Shown here: positions 9,852 through 21,599 of the stretch, in pieces
Layout: every line of letters starts with the position of its first letter
How positions within the stretch are numbered: position 1 is the first letter of the stretch
Source: a virus
Lineage: Duplodnaviria; Caudoviricetes
DNA length: 64,000 nt
Direction: 5' to 3' (one strand)
Virus record (IMG/VR): IMGVR_UViG_3300030117_007612
Location: 64,001 to 128,000 of that record
The notes under the pieces: generated by a model
Told to the model about the DNA's origin: nothing
What the model saw: the letters and a program-made list of their open reading frames with translations, nothing else
Database searches by the model: none
Translations under genes and position numbers: made by a program

Positions 9852-12800
9852 GGATTTATTTGAACACGGGACATCAATTGTAAGCTTAAAAAGTGGTTCG
9901 TTAACGGACTCATTCAAAGCTGTTGAGTCCTATAGTAACATTCAACAAATCATAGAAAAACAAAATAGGTTTATACCTCCGATTGATTTTTCTACGACAT
10001 CAAATTTTGCAAAGTTTGGATCTGCAGAGCTTTATTACGACACCGCTATAAAAAGAATATATGGAAACTATCCATATGATGGTACGGCACAAGAAAAGAA
10101 TAAGTTTGACAATCAATCACTTTATATAGATAAATATATATTTGACTACCTTTACCCAAGGAGTACTGGCTATGCCATATTCTCAGCAGAGGGCTGGGGA
10201 TCTCGTACTGGAATATCAACAGACGGTTATGCGACACCCACCACATTAGAATATGTTCAGTTTAGGGGTGGTCCACATACTTCATCTTACGGTATGGACG
10301 GATTGCGAACTTCGTTTTCTGGCTCGAATGTTTATGACGAAAATATTTACGACAATATTGGCCTGCCATCTAATTTTGGCAAAGGATCTCGCACATCCAA
10401 TCTAAAATTCACAGGCAGCGATGGTGCTACAGTTGAGTTTTGGCTGAAAAAGCCATCATTTGATACCACCACAACTACACGTAGGGAGGTTATTTTTGAC
10501 CTCTGGAACAGTCAAACGGCATCTGGCCATTCGGGATCAACTTGCTATGGACGCATGATGATCGAATTAGACGGGGAGTATTCGACCGGATCTTCGTTTT
10601 TGGTCACACTCATGTCCGGTACCAGCGGATTCCAGCATAGGCGAATTGGTAGCTTGGCCGGCACCTCGTCTCTAGCTGACTGGAACCATTATGCCTTCAC
10701 CTTCTTACAGAGCGGTAGCTATCTAAAAACTAAGTTTTATGTCAACGGAGGCTTAAACGAAGAAGTAGATAGTGAATTTGTGATCGGAGGGTTTGAGCAT
10801 GGACAGCTTCAGGCCCGAATAGGAGCCCTCTTGACAGCACCAACGGGTTCTGCTGCGCCGGCAGCGTCTGGAAAGCTTTCTGCTTCTCTTGATGATTTTA
10901 GATATTGGAAAGCTGCGAGAACTTCTAGAGAGATTTCCGAATTTTATTTTGTTCCTGTTCATGGAGGAACAAATACTGATGTTGCCAACGCCACTTTAGG
11001 CGTCTACTATAAATTTAATGAAGGAATTACGGGCACATCAAGCACCGACTCGATTGTTTTAGATTATTCCGGAAGGGTGTCAAACGGCTATTGGGTTGGA
11101 CTCAACACGTCAAGTCGACATACAGGCTCAGCAATAGTTCAAGCCAGCGCAAGTAATTCAGAATTTCTTGATCCGATTATTCACCCAAACCACACCGAGG
11201 TTAAGGTTCTTAGTGAAAATCTTTCCAAATCTGGCTCGCTTCATGATCATTTGAATAATGCAATGTTGTATAATACGATGCCGACATGGATTACTGATCA
11301 GGCAGATAGAGAAGGATCGGAAGACTTAAGATATCTTTGTCATATATTGGGGGCCTATTTTGATAAGATGTATCTGCAAATTGAAAGCCTATCTGCTTTT
11401 AACAATACTCAATATCTGAGCGCTTCGTATAAAGCATTCCCTTTTTATAAGAGTGCCCTAGAAGGCAAAGGGCTGGAAGCGCCTGAAATGTTTATTGAAT
11501 CAGATATTTTAGAAAAATTTGCCCAAAGGACAGACTCGTATAATTTAAATATCGATTTAACTGAGATTAAGAATCTTATATATCAAAACATCCATTCAAA
11601 CTTAATAAACATATACAAAGCCAAGGGCACCGAAAAGGCCATCAGAAATGTAATGAGATCCTTTGGTATTGGCGATGATTTGATTAAGATGAACTTATAC
11701 GCCAATAATGCAACGTTTGAGTTATCGGATAATATACATAATCAATTTATAAAGAAAAAATATGTTAACTTTTCCAAAAAAGGACAAAGTGGTGGCGTTG
11801 TTTATCAAACTGCAGAAGCAGGCAATACAGATAGTTTTGAATTTATTTCCGGAAGTAAAGGAAATCAATATGAAAAAACACTGGGATTCACCTTGGAAGC
11901 AAATGTTATGTTTCCAAAGTATCTTAGAGATCAAACAGATGATTTTTATGATAGAAATTGGCTAACATCGTCGTTATTTGGAATGCACCGCGCAGATCAC
12001 ACGGCCAGTAGCGATGTGACTACATGGTCACCGAGCGGAAGTGATTATGCAAACTTCCAGATTCAGTTTATTAGAGATTACCCGCGCTCTAGAAGCGGCT
12101 ACTTTAGAATTTCATCCTCTAATTCTCCATATCCAATTCCTGAAATGACATCGAGTATGTTCCATGAAGTGTATGATGATGACAATTGGTTGATATCATT
12201 CACCATGCAGCCAAAACGATATAGAGAATTATCTACTGTGTCAGGCGCTAGTCATCTAGATGTGCAAGGATATGATGCAATATTTGCCGGCTATCACAAG
12301 GTGCTGGGAACGACCATTGATTCTTTCTATCTAACACAGTCCATGGAAACAACTGCGTCCCGGGATTTCTTAAAATCAGACAAAAGAGTTTATGCTGGTG
12401 CATATAGAGACAACATGACAGGAACAATGTTGTATCAAAGTGATATAAAGTTGACAGAGATGAGATATTGGGCATACTCTCTTGAGCCCGAAGAAGTCGA
12501 AAGACATGCTGTTGACATTGAAAATGCCGGAATTTTAAATCCATTTAGAATCATTGGTAACTTGGATCCTAATTTCAAAAACATGGAAGTTAGGAGAAAT
12601 GACACGTTGGCCATGCACTGGAACTTTAACAGCGTAACAACATCAGATGCTAGTGGGGAGTTTATCGTACAAGACGCCTCATCTGGCTCTTCGAATAAAA
12701 GAGATAGGTTGGGAATATTTGGAAAATATAGCGGATATCAACACACGGGTAAGGGAAAATTCTTCATAACATCCAGCAAGGAAGCAATATCATATGAATT

Positions 12801-15800
12801 TGTGAACAATGCAAAATTCAGGCACTATGAGCAGATCGCAAGCTCTGATATGATTAATATCATGAACACAGACGATCATATATTTGGCGCTAACCAAAGA
12901 CCTACAGAGTATCACTTTACAATTGAAAAGAGCATGTACGATGTTATTTCACAAGAGATAATCAATATATTTGCCGGCATCGTCGATTTTAACAACTTAA
13001 TTGGAGAGCCCGTCAATCGATACAGAGATGAATACAAAGATTTAAGTAAATTACGTACAATTTTCTTTGACAAAGTTGGAACAACTCCTGATATAAACAG
13101 GTATTTAGATTTCTATAAGTGGTTTGATGATGCTTTGTCTTTGGTTATTAGACAGTTAGTGCCTGCAACTGCTGAGATCTCAGATGATTTATACAACGTT
13201 GTAGAAGAGCACGCGCTTGAAAGAAACAAATATAAAACACCATTTCCAACTATGGAATTCAAAGATCAAATTCCCGAGACCTTCATAAGAGGTATCGAAG
13301 AACTTGAGTATAGTTGGAAATTTGGGCACTCACCACTGCCCGGATCTAATAGGCCACAATATCAAAAAGGGTTGTATTGGAAATCAAGAGCCGAAAAAGG
13401 CAGCGGCCCATCAGCAACTGTTGCGGAGCTTAGTATTAGATCTGCATCTTTGGGCCCATTCATCACCTCTGCCGCCGGCTCTAAGTATACAAATTCATTT
13501 GCAATTGATATAGGTAGAGAAGAATTAAGAGATATAATCCACTCAAATCCACATTTTAGCCAAAGCCTGCCTACCTTATCTAAAGTTGATGGCACTACGT
13601 ATTCGGGCAACGCCCACGCCATAAGGACATTTGCAAAAACGTACAAGTTTAGAGTTTCTAGTCCAGTTGAATCAGTTTTTAAAGGCGGAGTAAACTTCTC
13701 GCCCGGCAAGAGTATGGAAAAAGCCTACAATGCCGTTGCTCCTCATGGGCCTATAGAGGCACATGGATCAATAGGGGGTGTTGGGTGCGAAAATTGTAAA
13801 CTACCGGTCAACATCCTGTTTGCAAGATCTGAAGACTTTGTGCCGTACAATGATTTGTATGATCCTCTTTCTCCGCATGCAAAAATTAAAATGAAGATGA
13901 AGGTTGCACACGGCCGTGATTCTAACAAAGAGATGTTAGGATATGCTACTGCAAAATCTGCCTTCTTCTTCCCGATGAATATTATAAGCGGTACAGTTAA
14001 CCCTGACATGTTGATAAATACTGATGGCGTCGAGGTCGACCGAAAGACCGGCCGTCGACACTTGGAGACGCCCAACAATGCGTATGAGAAGAGGATCTCA
14101 GGCAGCATAACCAACATTCATAACGATGTCTATGGGCCCCACATGGAGAAGCCGATGCAAGGGCCTTTCACCGAGCATTACGTAGGTGGCCACCAGTCAC
14201 GCCATGTTTCATTAAATACAGGTTCTTGGACCAGTGGGTATAGCCACCAATTAAATCGCCCAGAAGCTTGGAGAATCTACATTGGAAGATGTGGTACTCC
14301 GGGATCCATGCCTGACGGTGCAACTGCTGTTGGAATTGTGGGTCCGGACTATCCGCCCCCTGATTTGAAATTATCACTAACTGGCGACCATCAGGTGTCA
14401 GATGTTTATCCATACATAAAATTCCCTAGGGCAGAATATTATCGCGACGGAACTGCAAAGCGCCCAGTCAATATTGGGAACATCCATCATACTACCGGTT
14501 CGCCTACAATTTTAGGTAACTTTAACCATCGGTATGATTATGTACAAACAGCCGGAAGAGCTAGTCAGAAAAGATATCTCAAAGATACATTTGAGCACAA
14601 TTATGGAGATCGTCCGCCGGGAGTATTCGGCAGCAGCAGCATAGAAACAGTTCACCACCATACATCGTCACTCTTGCCACTTAGGTTCTTGCGAGAAAAC
14701 CCAAAATCAGGATATACTTCTGCACCAACTACAGCTAGTGCGCACTTCTTCGATGTAACGAATATCCACACGCTGATATCTGTAAGCACAGGTTCGAAGG
14801 ATCACAGCATTGGCCCGGGCGGATTCGGAAACGTATTCGGCGGCATGGAGCAATCAAGAGCTGGTGGCCCCATTGAGAATACTAGCAATCGGTATGCCGG
14901 CCAGACGTCCGATTACGACGGCACCATCTTTATAGTTCCCAAGCGCCGCCGCCGAGATGGCATCTTTACAACACGCTTCTCCGCCCCGGGCGGTCCTGAA
15001 ATTATGAGTCCCGGATATTTAGATATCCATACAGGAGAATTCTCGGTATACAACAGCCTTAACTTTAGAAACTACACTGTAAGATCAAGTGGCAGCGGCG
15101 AAACAATAGGTCAAGGAATAGTCTTTAGCGATAATGTTGCCGATAAAACAACAGGCTTTAAGTCAATTAGAATGCACAACCAGATGAATACTGGTTCTGA
15201 AGATGAGAGATTGCAGATTCGTCAAGGCTTGAGAACCTTACTTACTAGACACGCTGGCCATGGATATGCAGACTCTCAGTATGGTTACGTTCCGGAATCG
15301 AGATATATTGACGAGGATGATAAAGCCCCGGCCAGTTACCACAAGATTTATCGAAACCGACGCAAACATTTGCGAGAAAGAAACACAGACATAGAGTTTA
15401 TAGCAAACACTCACCGAGGTACGGAATATACCCATGGAGACGATCGTGGTGCACCCGGCGGCGGCAGAACCATAATTACGGCCTCGAATTACGACAATTA
15501 TTGGGTTCAACATGTTATTCCGCGATCAGATCTTAACTACTCGTGGATTACTGCTTCTATATTACATGATGTCGGATCCGGCCTCGATCATATCCTCCAT
15601 CCATCGGTAGATGATCATTATGGATATCTGCCGCATTACACAGTCGGCGAGTGGCAATGGCTAGGATACCATTATAGCGGCTTTCTTTCTTCATCAACAT
15701 ATGAAATCTTATCGTCAGATCCAAAGCCCGGCAAACACAACGCCGAGGGTCCATGGGGATCGGGCAGTGCATGGAAGATACCTTACAACTTTATAAGCGC

Positions 15801-18800
15801 TAGCGACTATGTGGTTTATCATGAAACCGGAAGTACGAATCCTTTAGTGCTCGGCGCCGACAAATCAACAATTCCAGCAAATACATTGAATCACATCCCA
15901 ATTGATTTTGTTGGTTTAAATACTGTCATTTACGAAAACATCACATCCAGCACGGCACAACTGGGTTTCCATCTCGATCATCTCACAAGTTCTGACGGCC
16001 GCGGCCCATCGGCCGCGTACCTAGGCCTTCCCCAACACCCGGCATATATTAATGATTCGATGATTGATATAGCCACGTTCTCCACGCCCCACGGCCGTTA
16101 TAATGCGAGGCCACTTCTAAACATGCTAACATTGCATCGTCAAGGTCCATATGGATGGCCATCTTGGAAACAAACTAGGGGTACATCTCACCCAATAATG
16201 CGCTATGAGCGAGAAAGAAACATATTAAGGGCACCATGGGATGCCATTGAAGCACATTTTGGACTTGATCCTCAAAACAGATATTATATTCAACCGGTCA
16301 CATCAAAGTACAAACCAATTCAAGCTGACATTGCACATCCCGGCGCCCCGGGCATCGAGCGCACTCCTGATGAATACTGGAAAAGAAGCAAAGAGCCATA
16401 CGCGAGATTCTACAGCACAAACTACAATCAAATAGTCGCATTACAATCGGACAGGAGGGATATGTTATTTTTCATGGCACCTCCTCGCTTTGTCCACAAT
16501 ACTTGGTGGGACTCGCTGGCATCCACCTTGGCCGAAGACTGGGCCTCCCGCAACCCAGCCACACGTCCACCGGGCCACCCGGCACAAGGCGCCTTCTTAT
16601 ATAAAACGTTTTATAGGGAGACTGTTTGGCCAAGCAGCTTAATGACATATATGTCAAGCTCTAGAGGTCGAGTTGGACCAGTGGGCGACGATGGCGTACA
16701 TTCGACGTACGAAGAGCGTAGATGGCGAAGTACTCATGCTGATAGAGTAACGCTTGGCGAAAGCTTGAATAATTACAAAGATAACAACATCCACGTGCCA
16801 TATCACAACAGGCGATACTCGTACACTTCAGGCAGCCGACTGACACAGAGCAGTTGGCCATTGGACGCTCAGCAGGACTTTTTGACTCGCCAAGGTGATG
16901 CGACTGGGTGGGGTACTACTGGTTCTACCTCACTTAGTGGTAGCACCATTGCCGGCGACCGTGGAGTTATTCGAGGAAGCCCGGGCACTGTCAACGGGCC
17001 TCCTCGCGTGATTTTCCAAAGGCATTTGGTTGCTGTTAGTGGTTCCGGAAACACGGGATCGTTTGGTGGTCCCGGCGCCGGCCCGGGCTTGACCGGATAC
17101 AACGAAGCCATGGGTATAAGCGCCACTGGCGTGCCACTAGGCCACTTGGACCACATGAATGGTTATGGGTTTATTAGTGGCGGATATCACAGGGGCGAGG
17201 GAGAGCTGCAGAATGGATACACAATGTTCCACGGTGGCCCAACCGCGCTGTCAGGCACTGCAGTTGCCGGCGGATATTGGTCCAACCACCTAGGATATCC
17301 CATGATATTACAAATATCGCCCACAGCTCTTTATGCTAGAAAACAAACGCTGTCATCTTATCGTTCAGTGGTTGGTCCGCATGGAATTGAAGTTCCAGAA
17401 ACAGCATCAAACAAATTAGTTGCAGATGCGTTCTCTTCCTCTGCCGGATGGACCGGCAGCATGCAACCAACTACAGGATCCCCATACGCATTGTACACCG
17501 GTAGTGTCGGTAGAACTTGTTGGGGTAACATTGATCTCTTTGGAGGGGAGGCAAAATGGCAGGCCCCAGAATTAGCAGGATATGTATCAAGAAGCTTTAC
17601 TGTTACCGATGAGGGTTACTTTGACCCGATCACAATGACAACCGTTGGATTTGAATTCTCTATAGATAAAACTTGGATAAGCGCATCGTCTGAGCCTTGG
17701 TATACTTCATATGAAGATTACATTTTAGATGGGAGAGCGGTTGCCAAAGAATACTCAATTGTGCCAGAATATAACTCTTCTAGATGGATTCCCGCATCCG
17801 CTTCTGAAGCTGTGCCGGCTCCCTTTATTAGACCATTTTATGGAGGTCAGCCATATTACAACTTTATAGAAATCAATCTTGGTCATACTAGCTCGTGGAG
17901 TGAGGCAATTAAACGACATGATGAGGAAGTAGTGTTCAAGGTTTCACGTGGAGATAATCTTAAAGATTTACTTGGGGTACAAGAGAGCCTTAACAGTACC
18001 AACTGGGGAGAAGCCGCTTGGTCTTGGCCGTCCAGATTGAAATTAAAACTTGACGCTTTTGTAAAGTTTATACCATATGAAGGTTTCTACCCCGCACAAA
18101 GAACCTTGCAATTAGCTGATCAATTTTGGAAATCTCACGGCCAACAAGTTCAAGTCCATCCGGGCCGCGGCTTTCCACCGGGCCCGGGCTTTCCCGGTTC
18201 TGTTCCAGAAACGTTTGCAATGGGAGGTGCTGGATATGCAAACAGACTTACTTTTGGCACTGGTGACCCAACCATATCCCCATTTGGGGCGACTTGCAAC
18301 CCAATAGGGGGTCAAATTATACGCCATCCTTACGTCGTCGATTTCAATGGCGGCATTTCACCTTCATATAAGGATTTGTCAAGCGCGTGGCAGGCTCATT
18401 TTACTCCCTCCGGCCGCAGCATTCAATCAGGGTCACAAGGCTGGACCTATCACACGGGCTCAGAATCAATGCTACAAGGCAAGCAACTAGCTCGCCCTCT
18501 TGCCCAGACGCTATTTGCGCCCGGGATTTTATACAACTCAATCAAATCAGGGCTTGCTGTTGATTATCCAATATGTGTGTCAGAGTCTTTCGAAAGGGTT
18601 TGTGTCGCATCACACGAATATGCAGGCACATTTAACCCCACTGACACTACTACAGTTGGCGGTTTTCCTCGCCATGGCGCCGATGGAGACAAGATAGGCA
18701 TAGTGCCAACAGATTATTGGGTTATTTCGGGATCCAGAAAGGCCAACACCGACCCAACACACGGCAGATTCGACTACAGAGTACCATTTGAAGCTATAAT

Positions 18801-21543
18801 TAATCCAGCATTCGCCGGCGGAGCCTTTGATGCCCGGCCGGTGATTGATATGGAGCCACACCCCTCAGCCGCCTTGCCGCACACATATGCAGAATTGATA
18901 CCAGCATTTGACGGCAAACCATCGATCTACTCTCAAAAAGCATCAAACTTCTTCGCCGGCGTTGCTGATTTTTACTTAAAAGACAAAAAGTATACAGTAC
19001 TGCAGAGCGATGTTATTACAACTGTTCCAGTGACATCTGGAAACATATATGCAATGAGGCTTAAGCTTTACCGTTCAATGAACTTACCCAGAAAATATAA
19101 TGGAAATCCGAAAGCGAGAAATGTTATATGGGATCGCGAGGGAGATGGCACATATAACCCTCATGTGCACAATGGAATTCATTGGGGTGGTCTTGGTGTT
19201 ACCAGTTCGGTTACAAAGCTGGAGTATCCAATACCACAGGATCCAGCACCATCAGGTACGTTCCCGGGGTATATACACTGGAATCCAGCGGTTGAAAATA
19301 CTAAATTTGAGTGTGGTTGGCCCGGGGCTTCAGAGTTAAAAGAAACATTTACGATGTATTCTCGACCCACCGCCTTTGGGCCTCCGCTTGTTGGAAGATT
19401 TTTAGGTCCGTTATCTCGCTCTTGCGATCATCCAAACGCCGGCGGCGGTACCGCGGATGCAATGACCATAATGAGTCGCGCGACTAGTTCGTTTAGTAAA
19501 GGCACCCAATGGCATTGGCAATCCGAAGGGAGTGGCACTATGGATTCCATTAATGGCTACAATTGGGCTTACACACCGCCCTATTACCATGGTGAAGCGT
19601 GGATGGACATTGTATATAAGCCAACCGCTAGTGAAGAAGTGAACATAGAACAAATCTTCAATTCACCAAGAACGTACGTTAAACACTGGCGTGTCGATCC
19701 CGGACCAACTGGTTCTATTGCACATCGTGGCGGCGCCAACCAAGACACGCACATGATTGTATATGATCCTCTGCCTCCTTCAGCCAGTATAAATGATTCA
19801 GGTCAATTCTATGCCGGAAACAACATTAACTTTAACGCAATGCAGATATCTGCTTCGATCAACGTTTTCAATATTGAAAGACCACACGAAAATCGAATAT
19901 GGGATGTATCGGATCTTGGCGTATTGTATGCCACAGACCCTAGCCCTATGGGTACCGGCCTAGGCGGATTACAATCATGGGTAATTCAGCCAAAATTTGA
20001 AACACCAATGTTGAACTTCAACGACCAGTATAATATTCGAGCGCTACATGCTCCTAGAAACAATACTGAACGCCTCGCCGACAGTGGGTATATAGACATA
20101 CCAATCTACGCATCTGAATCTGTGCCCCGCGGAATGTGGCATCAATTTGGTACAATACCGCAAGAAGAAGATCAGGGGATCTTCATGTCCGTTGAAAGTA
20201 TCCCGGAAAGTTGGTTAAAAAGCCATCCTGATGTCATTCAACACGAGCCCACGATTTACAACAGTCATTATCCCGGAGACGATCGACCTCAATTGGGCGC
20301 GGCGAGGTATCGTTCTTTAGCTGAATTGATTAAGATGCCTGAGACCCCAGTGCGATTAGGAGAGATGCCATGGAGCAAAGAAGTTTCTGAATGTATTGTT
20401 GCGATACCCTACTATATTGACGAAGTGGGCAACAAACGTCACTTCAAGCTCAAGATTAGTCAACAACAATTAAATGAATATAGAATAAAACGACACTACG
20501 CCGGCTGGAAGAATATTTCAGATACAGCGTTTACTGTGGTTAACCCAGAGTCCGGACACACCATTACAAACACCGGACTAACATATCTTTTTGATAAAAT
20601 GGAAAGATTTGTTTTCCCGCCGCATCTAGACTTTTTGAGATATCCCGAAAATGTTTATAAAGCAACAGAGGAGTTAATACCGACGGGCCCGGATCCGGAG
20701 GACGCAGTTTTCTCTGTTTATGGTCCGAGAGTTATGTATGCGTTTGAAATTAAACACACTTTCGATCAGGACGACTTATCCTACATGTGGCAAAACTTAG
20801 CACCAAGAAATTTCAAATCGTATAGAAAAGTAACAGAAGAAATTAGCCACGATCTACTTTCAAGAGTTAGCATGCCGGGCGGCGGAACCAACAACACGTT
20901 CTTGAGCCGGCAAGATTTCATTGAATTTGGTGATAAGATGCGCTGGATGGTGTTTAAGGTGAAACAAAGAGGCACTCAATCCTATATGGATGTGCTACAA
21001 GGAAACAAAAACTTCAGAGAACTTGCCGACCCGGCCGTTCAGGGGGCCAACACGGAGATAGTGTTTGGTCCAGCGACTGCGGATGGCACAGAATTCCCAC
21101 CCATTCCACCTGATTGGACCGATACCGGCGCCGGCAATCTTTTGCCAGATCATGCCTACATTGTTGAACACAATTGGCCGTATGACTATTTTTCCTTGGT
21201 AGAGTCCGCCAAACTTACAGTTGATATTGAGTTTAGACCACTCCGAACTTTTGAAGATGGAAGCTCCTCGGAGGTCTACAGGCATCACGCCCCATACGGT
21301 AACACAAGTATCGAGATTAAATACCCAGAAATGTGGGAACCTAGAATTTCGTATTCCCCATCTCCCGGAGAGTTTACGGGCCCTGATGAATATATGGGCC
21401 CTGACGACGGTGGAGCGCCCACGGTGACAGATTCGGGAGCTGGCTTTACTAGTCCGACTGGCATGACATGGGCCATGCTAGATGGCTCCCCGGGCATTAT
21501 TGAAGCTTCTATGCTAGTTCTAGGAGATGATGATGATGATTAG
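9835..21543 (+). CDS. Giant (3902 aa) baseplate wedge protein, gp7/P2 gpI-like, with LamG/ConA domain(s)
   Basis: LamG-like motifs TVEFW, WNHYAFT, FYVNG, LDDFRYW (~10426-10950); IYKAKGTEKAIRNVMRSFG (~11614) resembles the gpI/gp7 K-G-T motif; gene order W-J-(x)-I. Confidence 0.6.
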   Translation: MSMSVKDLFEHGTSIVSLKSGSLTDSFKAVESYSNIQQIIEKQNRFIPPIDFSTTSNFAKFGSAELYYDTAIKRIYGNYPYDGTAQEKNKFDNQSLYIDKYIFDYLYPRSTGYAIFSAEGWGSRTGISTDGYATPTTLEYVQFRGGPHTSSYGMDGLRTSFSGSNVYDENIYDNIGLPSNFGKGSRTSNLKFTGSDGATVEFWLKKPSFDTTTTTRREVIFDLWNSQTASGHSGSTCYGRMMIELDGEYSTGSSFLVTLMSGTSGFQHRRIGSLAGTSSLADWNHYAFTFLQSGSYLKTKFYVNGGLNEEVDSEFVIGGFEHGQLQARIGALLTAPTGSAAPAASGKLSASLDDFRYWKAARTSREISEFYFVPVHGGTNTDVANATLGVYYKFNEGITGTSSTDSIVLDYSGRVSNGYWVGLNTSSRHTGSAIVQASASNSEFLDPIIHPNHTEVKVLSENLSKSGSLHDHLNNAMLYNTMPTWITDQADREGSEDLRYLCHILGAYFDKMYLQIESLSAFNNTQYLSASYKAFPFYKSALEGKGLEAPEMFIESDILEKFAQRTDSYNLNIDLTEIKNLIYQNIHSNLINIYKAKGTEKAIRNVMRSFGIGDDLIKMNLYANNATFELSDNIHNQFIKKKYVNFSKKGQSGGVVYQTAEAGNTDSFEFISGSKGNQYEKTLGFTLEANVMFPKYLRDQTDDFYDRNWLTSSLFGMHRADHTASSDVTTWSPSGSDYANFQIQFIRDYPRSRSGYFRISSSNSPYPIPEMTSSMFHEVYDDDNWLISFTMQPKRYRELSTVSGASHLDVQGYDAIFAGYHKVLGTTIDSFYLTQSMETTASRDFLKSDKRVYAGAYRDNMTGTMLYQSDIKLTEMRYWAYSLEPEEVERHAVDIENAGILNPFRIIGNLDPNFKNMEVRRNDTLAMHWNFNSVTTSDASGEFIVQDASSGSSNKRDRLGIFGKYSGYQHTGKGKFFITSSKEAISYEFVNNAKFRHYEQIASSDMINIMNTDDHIFGANQRPTEYHFTIEKSMYDVISQEIINIFAGIVDFNNLIGEPVNRYRDEYKDLSKLRTIFFDKVGTTPDINRYLDFYKWFDDALSLVIRQLVPATAEISDDLYNVVEEHALERNKYKTPFPTMEFKDQIPETFIRGIEELEYSWKFGHSPLPGSNRPQYQKGLYWKSRAEKGSGPSATVAELSIRSASLGPFITSAAGSKYTNSFAIDIGREELRDIIHSNPHFSQSLPTLSKVDGTTYSGNAHAIRTFAKTYKFRVSSPVESVFKGGVNFSPGKSMEKAYNAVAPHGPIEAHGSIGGVGCENCKLPVNILFARSEDFVPYNDLYDPLSPHAKIKMKMKVAHGRDSNKEMLGYATAKSAFFFPMNIISGTVNPDMLINTDGVEVDRKTGRRHLETPNNAYEKRISGSITNIHNDVYGPHMEKPMQGPFTEHYVGGHQSRHVSLNTGSWTSGYSHQLNRPEAWRIYIGRCGTPGSMPDGATAVGIVGPDYPPPDLKLSLTGDHQVSDVYPYIKFPRAEYYRDGTAKRPVNIGNIHHTTGSPTILGNFNHRYDYVQTAGRASQKRYLKDTFEHNYGDRPPGVFGSSSIETVHHHTSSLLPLRFLRENPKSGYTSAPTTASAHFFDVTNIHTLISVSTGSKDHSIGPGGFGNVFGGMEQSRAGGPIENTSNRYAGQTSDYDGTIFIVPKRRRRDGIFTTRFSAPGGPEIMSPGYLDIHTGEFSVYNSLNFRNYTVRSSGSGETIGQGIVFSDNVADKTTGFKSIRMHNQMNTGSEDERLQIRQGLRTLLTRHAGHGYADSQYGYVPESRYIDEDDKAPASYHKIYRNRRKHLRERNTDIEFIANTHRGTEYTHGDDRGAPGGGRTIITASNYDNYWVQHVIPRSDLNYSWITASILHDVGSGLDHILHPSVDDHYGYLPHYTVGEWQWLGYHYSGFLSSSTYEILSSDPKPGKHNAEGPWGSGSAWKIPYNFISASDYVVYHETGSTNPLVLGADKSTIPANTLNHIPIDFVGLNTVIYENITSSTAQLGFHLDHLTSSDGRGPSAAYLGLPQHPAYINDSMIDIATFSTPHGRYNARPLLNMLTLHRQGPYGWPSWKQTRGTSHPIMRYERERNILRAPWDAIEAHFGLDPQNRYYIQPVTSKYKPIQADIAHPGAPGIERTPDEYWKRSKEPYARFYSTNYNQIVALQSDRRDMLFFMAPPRFVHNTWWDSLASTLAEDWASRNPATRPPGHPAQGAFLYKTFYRETVWPSSLMTYMSSSRGRVGPVGDDGVHSTYEERRWRSTHADRVTLGESLNNYKDNNIHVPYHNRRYSYTSGSRLTQSSWPLDAQQDFLTRQGDATGWGTTGSTSLSGSTIAGDRGVIRGSPGTVNGPPRVIFQRHLVAVSGSGNTGSFGGPGAGPGLTGYNEAMGISATGVPLGHLDHMNGYGFISGGYHRGEGELQNGYTMFHGGPTALSGTAVAGGYWSNHLGYPMILQISPTALYARKQTLSSYRSVVGPHGIEVPETASNKLVADAFSSSAGWTGSMQPTTGSPYALYTGSVGRTCWGNIDLFGGEAKWQAPELAGYVSRSFTVTDEGYFDPITMTTVGFEFSIDKTWISASSEPWYTSYEDYILDGRAVAKEYSIVPEYNSSRWIPASASEAVPAPFIRPFYGGQPYYNFIEINLGHTSSWSEAIKRHDEEVVFKVSRGDNLKDLLGVQESLNSTNWGEAAWSWPSRLKLKLDAFVKFIPYEGFYPAQRTLQLADQFWKSHGQQVQVHPGRGFPPGPGFPGSVPETFAMGGAGYANRLTFGTGDPTISPFGATCNPIGGQIIRHPYVVDFNGGISPSYKDLSSAWQAHFTPSGRSIQSGSQGWTYHTGSESMLQGKQLARPLAQTLFAPGILYNSIKSGLAVDYPICVSESFERVCVASHEYAGTFNPTDTTTVGGFPRHGADGDKIGIVPTDYWVISGSRKANTDPTHGRFDYRVPFEAIINPAFAGGAFDARPVIDMEPHPSAALPHTYAELIPAFDGKPSIYSQKASNFFAGVADFYLKDKKYTVLQSDVITTVPVTSGNIYAMRLKLYRSMNLPRKYNGNPKARNVIWDREGDGTYNPHVHNGIHWGGLGVTSSVTKLEYPIPQDPAPSGTFPGYIHWNPAVENTKFECGWPGASELKETFTMYSRPTAFGPPLVGRFLGPLSRSCDHPNAGGGTADAMTIMSRATSSFSKGTQWHWQSEGSGTMDSINGYNWAYTPPYYHGEAWMDIVYKPTASEEVNIEQIFNSPRTYVKHWRVDPGPTGSIAHRGGANQDTHMIVYDPLPPSASINDSGQFYAGNNINFNAMQISASINVFNIERPHENRIWDVSDLGVLYATDPSPMGTGLGGLQSWVIQPKFETPMLNFNDQYNIRALHAPRNNTERLADSGYIDIPIYASESVPRGMWHQFGTIPQEEDQGIFMSVESIPESWLKSHPDVIQHEPTIYNSHYPGDDRPQLGAARYRSLAELIKMPETPVRLGEMPWSKEVSECIVAIPYYIDEVGNKRHFKLKISQQQLNEYRIKRHYAGWKNISDTAFTVVNPESGHTITNTGLTYLFDKMERFVFPPHLDFLRYPENVYKATEELIPTGPDPEDAVFSVYGPRVMYAFEIKHTFDQDDLSYMWQNLAPRNFKSYRKVTEEISHDLLSRVSMPGGGTNNTFLSRQDFIEFGDKMRWMVFKVKQRGTQSYMDVLQGNKNFRELADPAVQGANTEIVFGPATADGTEFPPIPPDWTDTGAGNLLPDHAYIVEHNWPYDYFSLVESAKLTVDIEFRPLRTFEDGSSSEVYRHHAPYGNTSIEIKYPEMWEPRISYSPSPGEFTGPDEYMGPDDGGAPTVTDSGAGFTSPTGMTWAMLDGSPGIIEASMLVLGDDDDD

Positions 21544-21599
21544 TGAAGATTAATTGAATACTAAAACAAAATGGATATAATTATTTGTAGGAACACAAA

